From positions 1 to 52,731 of IMG/VR virus record IMGVR_UViG_3300037467_000956: a stretch of DNA of 52,731 nt, one strand, 5' to 3'. Positions 34,545 through 43,064 of this stretch are shown here, piece after piece. The notes under the pieces are model-generated. The model searched no databases. It was not told the DNA's origin and worked only from the letters and a program-made list of their open reading frames with translations. The DNA is from a virus (Duplodnaviria; Caudoviricetes). The position numbers and the translations under genes were made by a program. Each line of letters begins with the position of its first letter. Position 1 is the first letter of the stretch.

Positions 34545-36766
34545 CAGCCGAACCGAAGTTGATAGCTGCGGTTGATCGACGGGACCTGATGACCGGCGGT
34601 CCGGACCGCTTGCGAAACGCCCGCCGCGACCATCGCTTCAATTTCCCTGTTCCCCCGCGCGCCGATGACGTTGACGGTCATCGGCCCATTGGCGCGCGCC
34701 GCGGCGGCATCCGAGCGGCGAACGGCATTCGCCGGCGTGACGTAGCTGCGCCGCGACAGGGACAGGAGTTCGGGGCCGTTCTCGCCGACGCGGATCACGC
34801 CCGGTCCGGCATCGCCGCCACCGGCGAAGGTGTAACCGCCGCCAATGCCCGACGTGGCGCCCGTTCCGGCCGGAAGCGCCTGGCCGAGGATGCCGCCGGC
34901 CGCCACGTTGAACAGCGAGTTGAAGAGACCGCCGAGCGGGCCTTGCCCGAAAAGCCCCTTGGCAGCGAGGGACAGCAGGTTGAGCCCGATCTTGGCGAGC
35001 GCGTCGCCGAACGAATTCGCCTGCTGGATGCCGTCGGTCAGCGCCTCGCCGACACCCTGGATGGCTTCGGTAAGCTGGTTATTCTGCTCCTTCGCCCGGC
35101 GGACCGCCCGTTCATAGGTGTCCTGCGTGATCGCGCCGGCATCGAGCATTTCCTTGTAGTCGGCAAGTTGCTTGGTCTGCCGCTCTTGGTCGGTCATCAG
35201 ACCTTCGGTGAGCGACTTCCCTTGGCGGTAAAGCTCGATCCTGTGTTCAAGGGCGGCGTTCTCGGCCGTAAGCCCTTGGGCCGTCTTCAAATACTGTTCG
35301 TATTCCTTATCCCCTTCCTTGAACCCGGCTTGCCGGACGAGCCGGATCGCTTCATAGCTCGCCTTGACCTTGCGCACTTCGGCGTCGGTCAACCCGAGTT
35401 GGGCGACCAACTGCTTGTTCATCGCGATTTCGTCGCGGATCTGCTGCAAGGAGCGATCGCCGCGGGTTTCCGGGGTCGCCTTCGCCCCGCTCTTCTTCTT
35501 CCCCTTGTTCGGGTTGAATTTGTCCTCGGCGTCATTGAACGCTTGCGACGCTTCATCAACGTCGAATTCCTGACCGGGCTGGATGAAGATGTTCGGGACC
35601 GATCCGGGACCGCTTCCAGGCAGCGCGCCCGTGATCTGGCCGGCGCCGGGCCGGATGAACCCGCGGGTGATGTCCTTTTCCGGAGCGAAAGTCTTCTGCT
35701 CGGTCGACAAGCGGCCGTATTGCTCGGCGAGATACTTGACCTGTCCGGCAAGACCGCTGACTTGTCCGGTGGCCGTGGCGGAAGCATCGCCCATGCCGGA
35801 AACGGCGGTCGCCGCACCCGAGGCGGCGCCGGTAACCAATTGCAATTGCTGAGTTAGGACTCTCGTTTGATTAGCGACATTGCGGGCCTTGTCCGCGTTG
35901 TCATCCATGAACCCGGCGAACTCGCGGAGCTTCCGCGCAGTCTCTTCGTCCGGGGCGCTGTTCGCCAATTCCTTGAAGAAATCGGAAAGCGCATGCCACC
36001 GGGCCGGATCGGTCGGGACGGCCTTGATTGCTTCATTGAGCGCGTTGAATTGCTTAAGAACTTCCGTGTATTTCGTTTCGTCGGCCAGCTTTCCAAACAT
36101 CTGGTCAATGATGTCGAGCGACTTGACAATAGTGTCTTGCGCGCCGGTGGCTGCCTCCTTCAATTCGTCGGAATTCTGATAAATCTGCTTTTGCAGTTGC
36201 GCGGCGAAGGCGCGCCGCGTCGTTTCGTCCGCTTGGTTTAACTTGATCTGCAGAGTTGCCAATCCCTGCGACGCGCCTTCAACGATTTCCTTTGTGCTGC
36301 TGGCGGTTTCGAGGAATGACTTGTAATTCGCTTCCGCCTCTTTCGATTTGCCGCCGAGATTGAAGATCGAGCCGGCGAGCGCCGCGGTCACCGACACGGC
36401 GGCGCCGGCCAGGGACCCCCAAACGCCGAAACCCTGGATCAACTGCGGCAACTGCTGCCCGAGCGCGCGGAAGAAGTCCGTACCGCCGCCGACCTGGACG
36501 GCCAGATCGCCAACCTGATATCCGACGTTCTGGAGCGACCGCCCAAACGCGGACGATTTCCCCCCAACCGAATTGAGCGATTTGTTCATATTGGCGGCGG
36601 CATCGGCGGTCCGCTTCTCGATCGCCGCCATGGTGTCATCGACCGGCTTCTTGACCTTCCGCATGTTGTCGTTCGTGGTCGGCCCAAGGGTCGACATGGA
36701 CCGGTTGAACTTGGTCAGCGAGGCTTCGACGCTGACCATCAGCGTTTCGAGATCGGTTCTCGGCAT
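34544..36766 (-). CDS. Tail tape measure protein
   Basis: N.GYQ+.D.AVQ...GT...RAL.QQLPQ; A.GG...VGE.GPEL C-terminus. Confidence 0.92.
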   Translation of the reverse strand: MPRTDLETLMVSVEASLTKFNRSMSTLGPTTNDNMRKVKKPVDDTMAAIEKRTADAAANMNKSLNSVGGKSSAFGRSLQNVGYQVGDLAVQVGGGTDFFRALGQQLPQLIQGFGVWGSLAGAAVSVTAALAGSIFNLGGKSKEAEANYKSFLETASSTKEIVEGASQGLATLQIKLNQADETTRRAFAAQLQKQIYQNSDELKEAATGAQDTIVKSLDIIDQMFGKLADETKYTEVLKQFNALNEAIKAVPTDPARWHALSDFFKELANSAPDEETARKLREFAGFMDDNADKARNVANQTRVLTQQLQLVTGAASGAATAVSGMGDASATATGQVSGLAGQVKYLAEQYGRLSTEQKTFAPEKDITRGFIRPGAGQITGALPGSGPGSVPNIFIQPGQEFDVDEASQAFNDAEDKFNPNKGKKKSGAKATPETRGDRSLQQIRDEIAMNKQLVAQLGLTDAEVRKVKASYEAIRLVRQAGFKEGDKEYEQYLKTAQGLTAENAALEHRIELYRQGKSLTEGLMTDQERQTKQLADYKEMLDAGAITQDTYERAVRRAKEQNNQLTEAIQGVGEALTDGIQQANSFGDALAKIGLNLLSLAAKGLFGQGPLGGLFNSLFNVAAGGILGQALPAGTGATSGIGGGYTFAGGGDAGPGVIRVGENGPELLSLSRRSYVTPANAVRRSDAAAARANGPMTVNVIGARGNREIEAMVAAGVSQAVRTAGHQVPSINRSYQLRFG

Positions 36767-36799
36767 GGCGCCTCACTGGAGTTCGGATAGGACCGGGAC

Positions 36800-36856
36800 T
36801 TGCAGGCTGACCGTCGCGGGCGTATTTATGGGCCGGAACCGCATTTAAATGAGGCC
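36800..36856 (+). promoter_or_regulatory. Promoter plus operator of the antisense gene
   Basis: TTGCAG-17 bp-TATTTA; AACCGCATTTAAATGAGGCC (36837-36856) overlapping the RBS. Confidence 0.65.
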
Positions 36857-36861
36857 CGGTT

Positions 36862-37218
36862 ATGCGAATGATTTTCATCGGTGCCGCCGCGATGGCGGGG
36901 AGCATTGCCGCCGTAATGGGGGCGGTCCCGCCCAAGGGAGCCCCGCCGCGGCAGCAAACGGCATTTGAGCGCCTGTCGGCCGAAGGGGATGCGCTGTCGG
37001 CCCGTGTCGTCGCCGATTGGGCATGCGGACCGCATGCGCCGGGATCGCAGATGATCCCCGCCGACACGCCCGCCTATGTCGCGTTCAAGGCGAAACTCGA
37101 CGCCGCGGAACAGGAGATTGGGAAAAGCGGATTGGACGTGATCGATGTCCTGTTCCGGTCCCGCCTGTTCCTGGCATCGCCGGCCGATTGCCCGAAGCGG
37201 ACCGCCTCGGCTCAGTGA
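36862..37218 (+). CDS. Secreted/periplasmic protein inserted antisense in the tail operon
   Basis: Signal-peptide-like N-terminus, two Cys, own promoter and GAGG RBS. Confidence 0.7.
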   Translation: MRMIFIGAAAMAGSIAAVMGAVPPKGAPPRQQTAFERLSAEGDALSARVVADWACGPHAPGSQMIPADTPAYVAFKAKLDAAEQEIGKSGLDVIDVLFRSRLFLASPADCPKRTASAQ

Positions 37219-37433
37219 AGAACCGGAGGCGGGGCCAGTTCCCGCAACCGTTCCGCCGTCATCGGCGGCGGCTTATCCTCTGGCGTTTGCGATCGGTTCC
37301 ACCCGTCAACCGCAACGGCGAGTTCCCACAGGCTCAATTCGTCCACGACACGCGGCGACCATCCTAGGATGGCGCCGTTTGCGTAGAGGCGGGCGACGCT
37401 GAACCGTTCCGCGCGCCCGCCTCCGCTTTTCCC
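37212..37433 (-). CDS. Tail assembly chaperone gpGT, -1 frame extension
   Basis: Slippery GGGAAAA (37427-37433); -1 frame reads KSGGGRAERFSVARLYANGAILGWSPRVVDELSLWELAVAVDGW. Confidence 0.75.
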   Translation of the reverse strand, partial: GKSGGGRAERFSVARLYANGAILGWSPRVVDELSLWELAVAVDGWNRSQTPEDKPPPMTAERLRELAPPPVLH

Positions 37434-37768
37434 GCCGTCGGGTCATCCTCGGGATATCCGGAGATCGCCACCGTGAGCACGTGGAGCGCGACCGCGACCG
37501 TGTCGAACCACGGCCATTCATCGATATGCCGATCCACGAAGGCGACCGCGTCCGGCTCCGGCATGCCACCGCCCTTCAACCCGATCCGGAGCACGTGGCG
37601 GACTTCGTCCACCCGCCATGCGCCCTTGACCATCTTCTGAAACAGTTCGACCGGGCCGAGCTTGGTTTTTTCTTCCAGTTCGCGAAGCTGGCCGATGGCG
37701 AGCCGATAGGTATGGTCGCCGTCGCCCCACGTGAGATCGACGGCGCCGGTCCGCGACAGGCCCGGCAT
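37364..37768 (-). CDS. Tail assembly chaperone gpG (GTA-gp10-like)
   Basis: WGDGDH.YRL.IG.L.ELEE, R.GL.GGGM. Confidence 0.85.
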   Translation of the reverse strand: MPGLSRTGAVDLTWGDGDHTYRLAIGQLRELEEKTKLGPVELFQKMVKGAWRVDEVRHVLRIGLKGGGMPEPDAVAFVDRHIDEWPWFDTVAVALHVLTVAISGYPEDDPTAGKAEAGARNGSASPASTQTAPS

Positions 37769-38217
37769 TACGGCACCGTCGGGAAGTTGGGCGCGGCCGT
37801 GAACGGCACCGGGCCATCACTCATCAGCGTGAGTTCGAGCGTGATATATCCTTCGGTCTCGCCGCCGACGTTGCGCGTCGTCATCAGGAACGGGCCTTGC
37901 CAGTAGCCAAACCCGACGATGCCGACGCGCCAGTTGTGCGACACCCCTGCCTTGTAGACCTGTTCGAAGTCCGGGAACCGCTCGCGCGCCAGCATTCCCG
38001 ATCCCGAGATCTCTTCCGCGAAATAGTTCGCCGTCACCCGGCGCACGGGAAGTTGGGTGGGATCGTCGCAATCCTGAACCGGGGTTTCCGTGTTGTTCAG
38101 GGTGCCATTGAGGGACTTGCTGTTGATGCCGCAGGCGAAAACGAAGGTCGCCGGGGTGTCGACATCTTCCATGTACAGCAACAGTTCACGAGCGCCGGAA
38201 AGCTGCGGCTGGGCCAT
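37768..38217 (-). CDS. Major tail tube protein
   Basis: CGI.SKSL, DCDDP, ISGSG, SDG.V. Confidence 0.88.
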   Translation of the reverse strand: MAQPQLSGARELLLYMEDVDTPATFVFACGINSKSLNGTLNNTETPVQDCDDPTQLPVRRVTANYFAEEISGSGMLARERFPDFEQVYKAGVSHNWRVGIVGFGYWQGPFLMTTRNVGGETEGYITLELTLMSDGPVPFTAAPNFPTVP

Positions 38218-38297
38218 TCTATGGGCTCCATCTCAGGGATTGGCGCGCATCGCTGCGGGCCGGACGGCCTTGCCCAAGGGCCGGGTCGGGCGCGCGA

Positions 38298-38720
38298 TCA
38301 AGTGTCGATCGTGATATCGGCGCGGAAGTCAGAGACCCCGTGCCGCGTCATCCCGTCGGGATCGCGCATCACGCGGAGGTTCTGGTGCTCCAGCAGTTGC
38401 AACCGATAGTCCGCGTTGATCGGGAAAGTCTGGCCGTGGAGGGACGCATAGAGAGCGGATGCCATGTCCCGGACTTGGTCGCCGGCCCATCCGTCGCGCG
38501 CCCACAGATGGAACGTCAGATAGACCGTGGTGCCGGTGACGCATAGCGCCTCAAACGGCAAGACTTGGGTATCCCCGATCTGGACATACGGGAAATCGGT
38601 ATCCTGGCCGGGCCGGTCGAACACCCGATCCGCGACGATGGCGGACAGGACCGGGTCCGCGAGCAACCGCGCCCGCACCGCCGCCAGCAATGCGTTCGAC
38701 CCGTCGGGGCTGGCCGTCAT
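38298..38720 (-). CDS. Tail terminator (DUF3168)
   Basis: V.DRVFD.P, FPYVQIG, RDPDG.TRHGV. Confidence 0.88.
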   Translation of the reverse strand: MTASPDGSNALLAAVRARLLADPVLSAIVADRVFDRPGQDTDFPYVQIGDTQVLPFEALCVTGTTVYLTFHLWARDGWAGDQVRDMASALYASLHGQTFPINADYRLQLLEHQNLRVMRDPDGMTRHGVSDFRADITIDT

Positions 38721-39190
38721 GCTGCCGCCGCTCCAGGCGGCGCCGACGAACCGGCGGCCGATGCCTTGATGCCGCGTCGGCACGCCGCCGACAGGCGGCT
38801 CAGGATCGACTTTTTCTTGGCGCGATAGGACGTGAAGAAGAACGGATTTGCCGGTCGACCGCCGCGCACCCCGAACTCAACCCAAGGCGCATAATAGGCT
38901 TTGTCATCGCCGGCCAGGATCACGGATGCGAGTTCATAGGAGCCTTTGAGCGCCAGGGTCGACGCGCGGCCCTCGCGCAACCCGGTCCCGCCTCGATCGA
39001 AGTCGTCAGCCCAGGCCCACCGGATCGACCGCTCTAGGAAACCGTCGATGACCGGGACCTGTCGCTTCATGAACGCGACTAGATCTTCCGATGCATCGAA
39101 GATCGCTTTGGCCATCTCGGCACGGACCAAGTCGGGCATGCTCTCGATCTGGGCGACGAGCTTATCAACCCCGGTGATCTTCGCGCCCAT
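38717..39190 (-). CDS. HK97 gp10-like tail component
   Basis: VPV.DG.L..SI, YYA.WVEFG, PA.PFFF. Confidence 0.88.
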   Translation of the reverse strand: MGAKITGVDKLVAQIESMPDLVRAEMAKAIFDASEDLVAFMKRQVPVIDGFLERSIRWAWADDFDRGGTGLREGRASTLALKGSYELASVILAGDDKAYYAPWVEFGVRGGRPANPFFFTSYRAKKKSILSRLSAACRRGIKASAAGSSAPPGAAAA

Positions 39191-39681
39191 CACACCCCCG
39201 CAATTGCCAGCGTGTAGGACAGGGACGCGGCGCCGACGCAGGCGAAGCGCAACACGTCGCCCGTCGCATCGGTGACCGGCCAGCCGGCGCCGGGGTGGAC
39301 GAACTCGAAAACGCAGCCGCCGTCGAGGGTGACCACGCCGCCGAGCGGCCCGGTCCACGCCGCCGCCGGAGCGCCGCCGATCGCCAGTTTCGAGGCGCTG
39401 CCAGGCGGCACCCGGACGAACAGCGCCTTGACCGCGGCGAAGATCGATTGATCATCGAGCCCGCCGGCCGCCGCCGCCCGCAAGTCGATATCCTCGAATG
39501 CGCCCGCGGCGAGGGTGCGGGTCCCGGCATAGAACACGGACACTTGCCCGTCAGCCGTGCCCGGCCCATAGGCGAAGGCCGTCGAGCCGAGATCGATGTA
39601 ATCCGACCGCGACCCGATATCGAACGTGTCGGTGCGCTGCGCCAGCACGCCGCCGAGAAAGGAGACGCCCCAAGTTGCCAT
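39190..39681 (-). CDS. Hypothetical virion protein
   Basis: Beta-rich ORF coupled within the neck cluster. Confidence 0.7.
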   Translation of the reverse strand: MATWGVSFLGGVLAQRTDTFDIGSRSDYIDLGSTAFAYGPGTADGQVSVFYAGTRTLAAGAFEDIDLRAAAAGGLDDQSIFAAVKALFVRVPPGSASKLAIGGAPAAAWTGPLGGVVTLDGGCVFEFVHPGAGWPVTDATGDVLRFACVGAASLSYTLAIAGV

Positions 39682-39689
39682 GCTGCCGC

Positions 39690-40037
39690 CTATCCCGGAA
39701 TGCCGGTGACCAATGCGATTTCGATCGTGCGGCGCATCATGTCGGGGTCATGCGCGCTGATGATCGCGAGATCGGGGCCGTTGGTGCCGGCCCGGAAACT
39801 CGCGTCGATCTGTGCCGTCTGGCTGTCATAACGGAGCCGGACGGTCATCGGCGTCTGTTCCTGCGTCCGACCCGCCTCCCATGCCTCGCGACCGCGGGCG
39901 GGGATCACTTCGGCCCATCGCTCGAGAAACAGTTCCCACCCGTGATCGACGTTGCCGGTCGCGCTCTCATTCTTGACCGGACGATAGATCTGCAACCGCG
40001 CCCGCAACCGCCGGGCGCGCATCGGCGACTTGCTCAC
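39690..40037 (-). CDS. Head closure (head-tail adaptor) protein
   Basis: LR.R+.I..P, RWA.V.P..GRE. Confidence 0.85.
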   Translation of the reverse strand: MSKSPMRARRLRARLQIYRPVKNESATGNVDHGWELFLERWAEVIPARGREAWEAGRTQEQTPMTVRLRYDSQTAQIDASFRAGTNGPDLAIISAHDPDMMRRTIEIALVTGIPG

Positions 40038-40324
40038 GCGAGCGCCGGGTCCCGGTCCCGGTGGAGCACGTCGAGCACCGCTTGCGACAACGGGTTTTCC
40101 TCGCCGTCATAGAGCGCCCGGATGACCAGCAGAATGGCCGTCCGGATGCGGGCCGGGACCGTGTCAACAGACCAAGGCACCGTCTTGAGCTTGAGGTAAC
40201 CGAGGACGATATCGGTTCCCTCCAGCATCATATCTTCCACATCCGCTTGATCATCGATCGCGTCGATGCGGAGGCGGGCCTTGACCTGTTCCAAGGTGAC
40301 GAGCGGTTGCGTGACCATCACCAT
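40034..40324 (-). CDS. Head-tail connector (gp6-like)
   Basis: [25 protein letters not shown]. Confidence 0.88.
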   Translation of the reverse strand: MVMVTQPLVTLEQVKARLRIDAIDDQADVEDMMLEGTDIVLGYLKLKTVPWSVDTVPARIRTAILLVIRALYDGEENPLSQAVLDVLHRDRDPALA

Positions 40325-41283
40325 TTGGAACCATCCGGACCGACTTGGGTAAGGTCGCGACCGTCCTTGCCGGCGGGGCCGGGCGGACCGGGCGGCCCGC
40401 GTTCGCCGTCCTTGCCGTCACGGCCGCGCTTGATGCTCAGTTTCCAGTCATCGGACTTTTCACCGGGCCGGGCCGTGGTCTCCGTCGCATAGCAATGCCA
40501 CTTGGACCCGCCCCACGTGACCATGTCGCCATACCGGTACGCCCGGCCGTCCTGCCAGACGCCGCGGTCAAGGGGAATGCCGGTCTCAATCTCATTGACC
40601 AATTCGATATCGCCGGCCGACAGGCTGAAAACGAGAATGCGGCCGTGGTCTTCCGCGCGGAAATCGGCATCGGCCACCGACAGGCCGTCGCGCCCGTCCT
40701 TGCCGTCGATCCCGTCGCGGCCGTCCTTGCCGTCGATCCCGTCCTTGCCGTCGCGTCCGGGTTCGCCAGGAGCCCCAGGAAGGCCGTCGCGCCCATCCCG
40801 GCCAGGGACGCCCGGCGGACCCTCGGGACCGGGTTCCCCGCGCGCCCCAGCCTCGCCGGGCGGACCCGCCGGGCCGACCGGTCCCGGCTCCCCCTGCGGC
40901 CCCGGCGGTCCGGGCGGTCCCGGCGGACCCGCCGGCGCTTCCCGGCCCTCTAGGAACGCGATGCGCTCGAACGCGGTCGACAGTTCGGCTGCCAGGCGGT
41001 CGCGTTCATCGCGCAGCAGGGCGGTAACCTCGCCGGTCTCGGCATTGCGGAGTTCGGCCGCCTGCAATCGCGCGTCGAGCAGGGCAATGACCTTCTGTGC
41101 CTCGCCGAGATCGCCGAGCAGTTGGACCATCCGGGCTTCGACGTGGGACAGTTGGTCGGCAACCGCTTTCTGCCGTTCCTGCATCGCATCGGAGATCAGC
41201 GTAACCCGATCCTCGATCCGGGTCGCCCGCCGCTCGATCTGGTCCACGACGGCATCCGTGAAACGGTCAAGGTCAAGCTGCAT
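40318..41283 (-). CDS. Coiled-coil plus collagen-like (Gly-X-Y) protein
   Basis: Long GPP/GEP/GKD repeats; RGVW..Y..GD.VTWGGS.W.C domain. Confidence 0.85.
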   Translation of the reverse strand: MQLDLDRFTDAVVDQIERRATRIEDRVTLISDAMQERQKAVADQLSHVEARMVQLLGDLGEAQKVIALLDARLQAAELRNAETGEVTALLRDERDRLAAELSTAFERIAFLEGREAPAGPPGPPGPPGPQGEPGPVGPAGPPGEAGARGEPGPEGPPGVPGRDGRDGLPGAPGEPGRDGKDGIDGKDGRDGIDGKDGRDGLSVADADFRAEDHGRILVFSLSAGDIELVNEIETGIPLDRGVWQDGRAYRYGDMVTWGGSKWHCYATETTARPGEKSDDWKLSIKRGRDGKDGERGPPGPPGPAGKDGRDLTQVGPDGSKW

Positions 41284-42676
41284 GCCGCCGCTCCATCCGT
41301 TCCACGCTCCGTTGCCATGCATCCATGAGCGCGTTCGTCGCGTCGCCGGGCGCATCACTCGACGCCGGGTCCTGGCCGTCATCCGCCGGGGTGGCCGGGG
41401 CCGGGTTCGTCGGCGGCGTGGGTTTGGCGAACGGCCGGTCCCGGTCGCGCTGGTCGAGCGCGGCGAGACTGAAATTCTGCTGCTGCATATACGGGGAGTC
41501 GCCGCCCTTGACCGGCGGAAGGTCGAGTTTCCGCCGGCCCTCATTCGGGGTCAGAAACGCCCCGGAAATGCCGTCGGCAATCGCCTTGTATTGGGTGGCC
41601 GTATCCATACGGAGCAGGCCGTCAAGGTCCATCTCCGTCCCATACGGAGCGGGGAGTTCCAAGCCCTCGTCCAACAGCAGTTCGATTGCCTCGATCAGCG
41701 CTTGCAGGCATTGGGTGTAATACTGCTGATTGAGCGCTTCGATATTGTTGTAATTCGGCGGCGCCCCGACCCCGACCATGTAGGCGGGAACGTGGTAGCA
41801 GGAGCAGACGGTTTCCGCGGTCCATTTCAACTGCTCAATCAACTGCGCATCGACCGCGTTGACCGCCATCTTTTCATATCTCAGGCCATCGCCGAGAACC
41901 GCGATCTTGCCGACATTGACCCCGGTATAGTTCTGCTCCCAATGCTGCTTGAGGCGCGCCGCGGTCTCGTCCGAAATCGCGCCCGGCGCGGTCAGGATGC
42001 CGCCGGGGTTCGACCCGTTGGCGAAGAACTGCGTCGAACTGTTCTGGATGCGGAGACCTTGGATCGCCGGCAACCCGCACGCATAGATGGGCGAGACGCC
42101 GCGCAGCGGATGGAACAGCGGCACCATCACATCATGGATGATCTCACTAGCCGGAACCGCCACGGTCTCGGTTTCGTCGGGGATCAAAGAGAGATCGTCG
42201 CGCTGTAGTTGATAGAACACATCGCCGGACGGCGAGACCAGAACTTGCACGCGCGTCGGGTCGAGCACGTACAGCTTGCGGACCACGTTCCGCCCATCCC
42301 GGACCTTCAGGATATAGGCGTTGCCGTGGACGAGCTTGGAAATCACCCACGTCTCAAAGAACTTGATGCGGTTCTGGAAATGGTTCGGCTTCTCCAGCAC
42401 CGGCGAGAACACGGGACTGTAAGTCTCGGTCCAGATGCCGTTGCTGTCCTGCATCATCAGCTTGCATCGCAACTTGGAGATATCGGACGCAATGAGGGTG
42501 ACGCAGGCATAGACCGCGAAATATGACAGGACGTTTTCCGGCCGGTGATCAATGTTCCGCTGCCATGCGCCGGTGAACGGCTCGCGGATGATCGGCCACC
42601 ACCCGCCGCGATCGTCCGCCGGCCGCAGGGTAGCCGGCGGCCGGGCGCGGGTGATCGTCAGCCCGAAAACGCGCAT
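41273..42676 (-). CDS. Portal protein (HK97 family)
   Basis: AVYACV.LIA.DI, PN.FQ, GNAY, G.SPI, FF.NG..PGGIL, TPNE.R. Confidence 0.95.
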   Translation of the reverse strand: MRVFGLTITRARPPATLRPADDRGGWWPIIREPFTGAWQRNIDHRPENVLSYFAVYACVTLIASDISKLRCKLMMQDSNGIWTETYSPVFSPVLEKPNHFQNRIKFFETWVISKLVHGNAYILKVRDGRNVVRKLYVLDPTRVQVLVSPSGDVFYQLQRDDLSLIPDETETVAVPASEIIHDVMVPLFHPLRGVSPIYACGLPAIQGLRIQNSSTQFFANGSNPGGILTAPGAISDETAARLKQHWEQNYTGVNVGKIAVLGDGLRYEKMAVNAVDAQLIEQLKWTAETVCSCYHVPAYMVGVGAPPNYNNIEALNQQYYTQCLQALIEAIELLLDEGLELPAPYGTEMDLDGLLRMDTATQYKAIADGISGAFLTPNEGRRKLDLPPVKGGDSPYMQQQNFSLAALDQRDRDRPFAKPTPPTNPAPATPADDGQDPASSDAPGDATNALMDAWQRSVERMERRHAA

Positions 42677-42682
42677 TCGCGA

Positions 42683-43006
42683 TTAGTCCTCGGCCTTAAG
42701 ATCGCGACGGCGATAGATCCGTTTCGGCGTGCCGTCGGCCGCCTGGCCGGACGCTTCCGGGTCGGGATCGACCGGCGCCGGGGCCGGTTCGGGGTTCTCG
42801 GGTTCGGGTTCCGTGGCGTCCGCGACGGCCGACTCCGGCTTCGGCTTGGGCGGCCGACCCCGGCGCGGCTTGGTCTCGTCCACGGTCTCGATCCGGCCGA
42901 GCGCGACCATGATCCGAACATCTCTGTCCCGGATCTCGACGGCATCGCCCGGCTGATAGGACTTGGCGGCATAGCGGAATGCCTTGACCGCCTTCGCTTT
43001 GGTCAT
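42683..43006 (-). CDS. Small head-associated protein
   Basis: Between MCP and portal; ends YRRRDLKAED. Confidence 0.7.
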   Translation of the reverse strand: MTKAKAVKAFRYAAKSYQPGDAVEIRDRDVRIMVALGRIETVDETKPRRGRPPKPKPESAVADATEPEPENPEPAPAPVDPDPEASGQAADGTPKRIYRRRDLKAED

Positions 43007-43029
43007 CGGTCACACCCCCTTCGCACAAG

Positions 43030-43056
43030 AAAAAAGGGGCCGGTTGCCCGGCCCCG
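43030..43056 (-). terminator. Intrinsic terminator after MCP
   Basis: GGGGCCGG/CCGGCCCC stem plus T6. Confidence 0.75.
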
Positions 43057-43064
43057 TGTTCCGC

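Noticed and set aside
40690-40935. Tandem DNA repeats as a regulatory or DGR element
   Set aside because: Explained by Gly-X-Y collagen coding; no reverse transcriptase in the window
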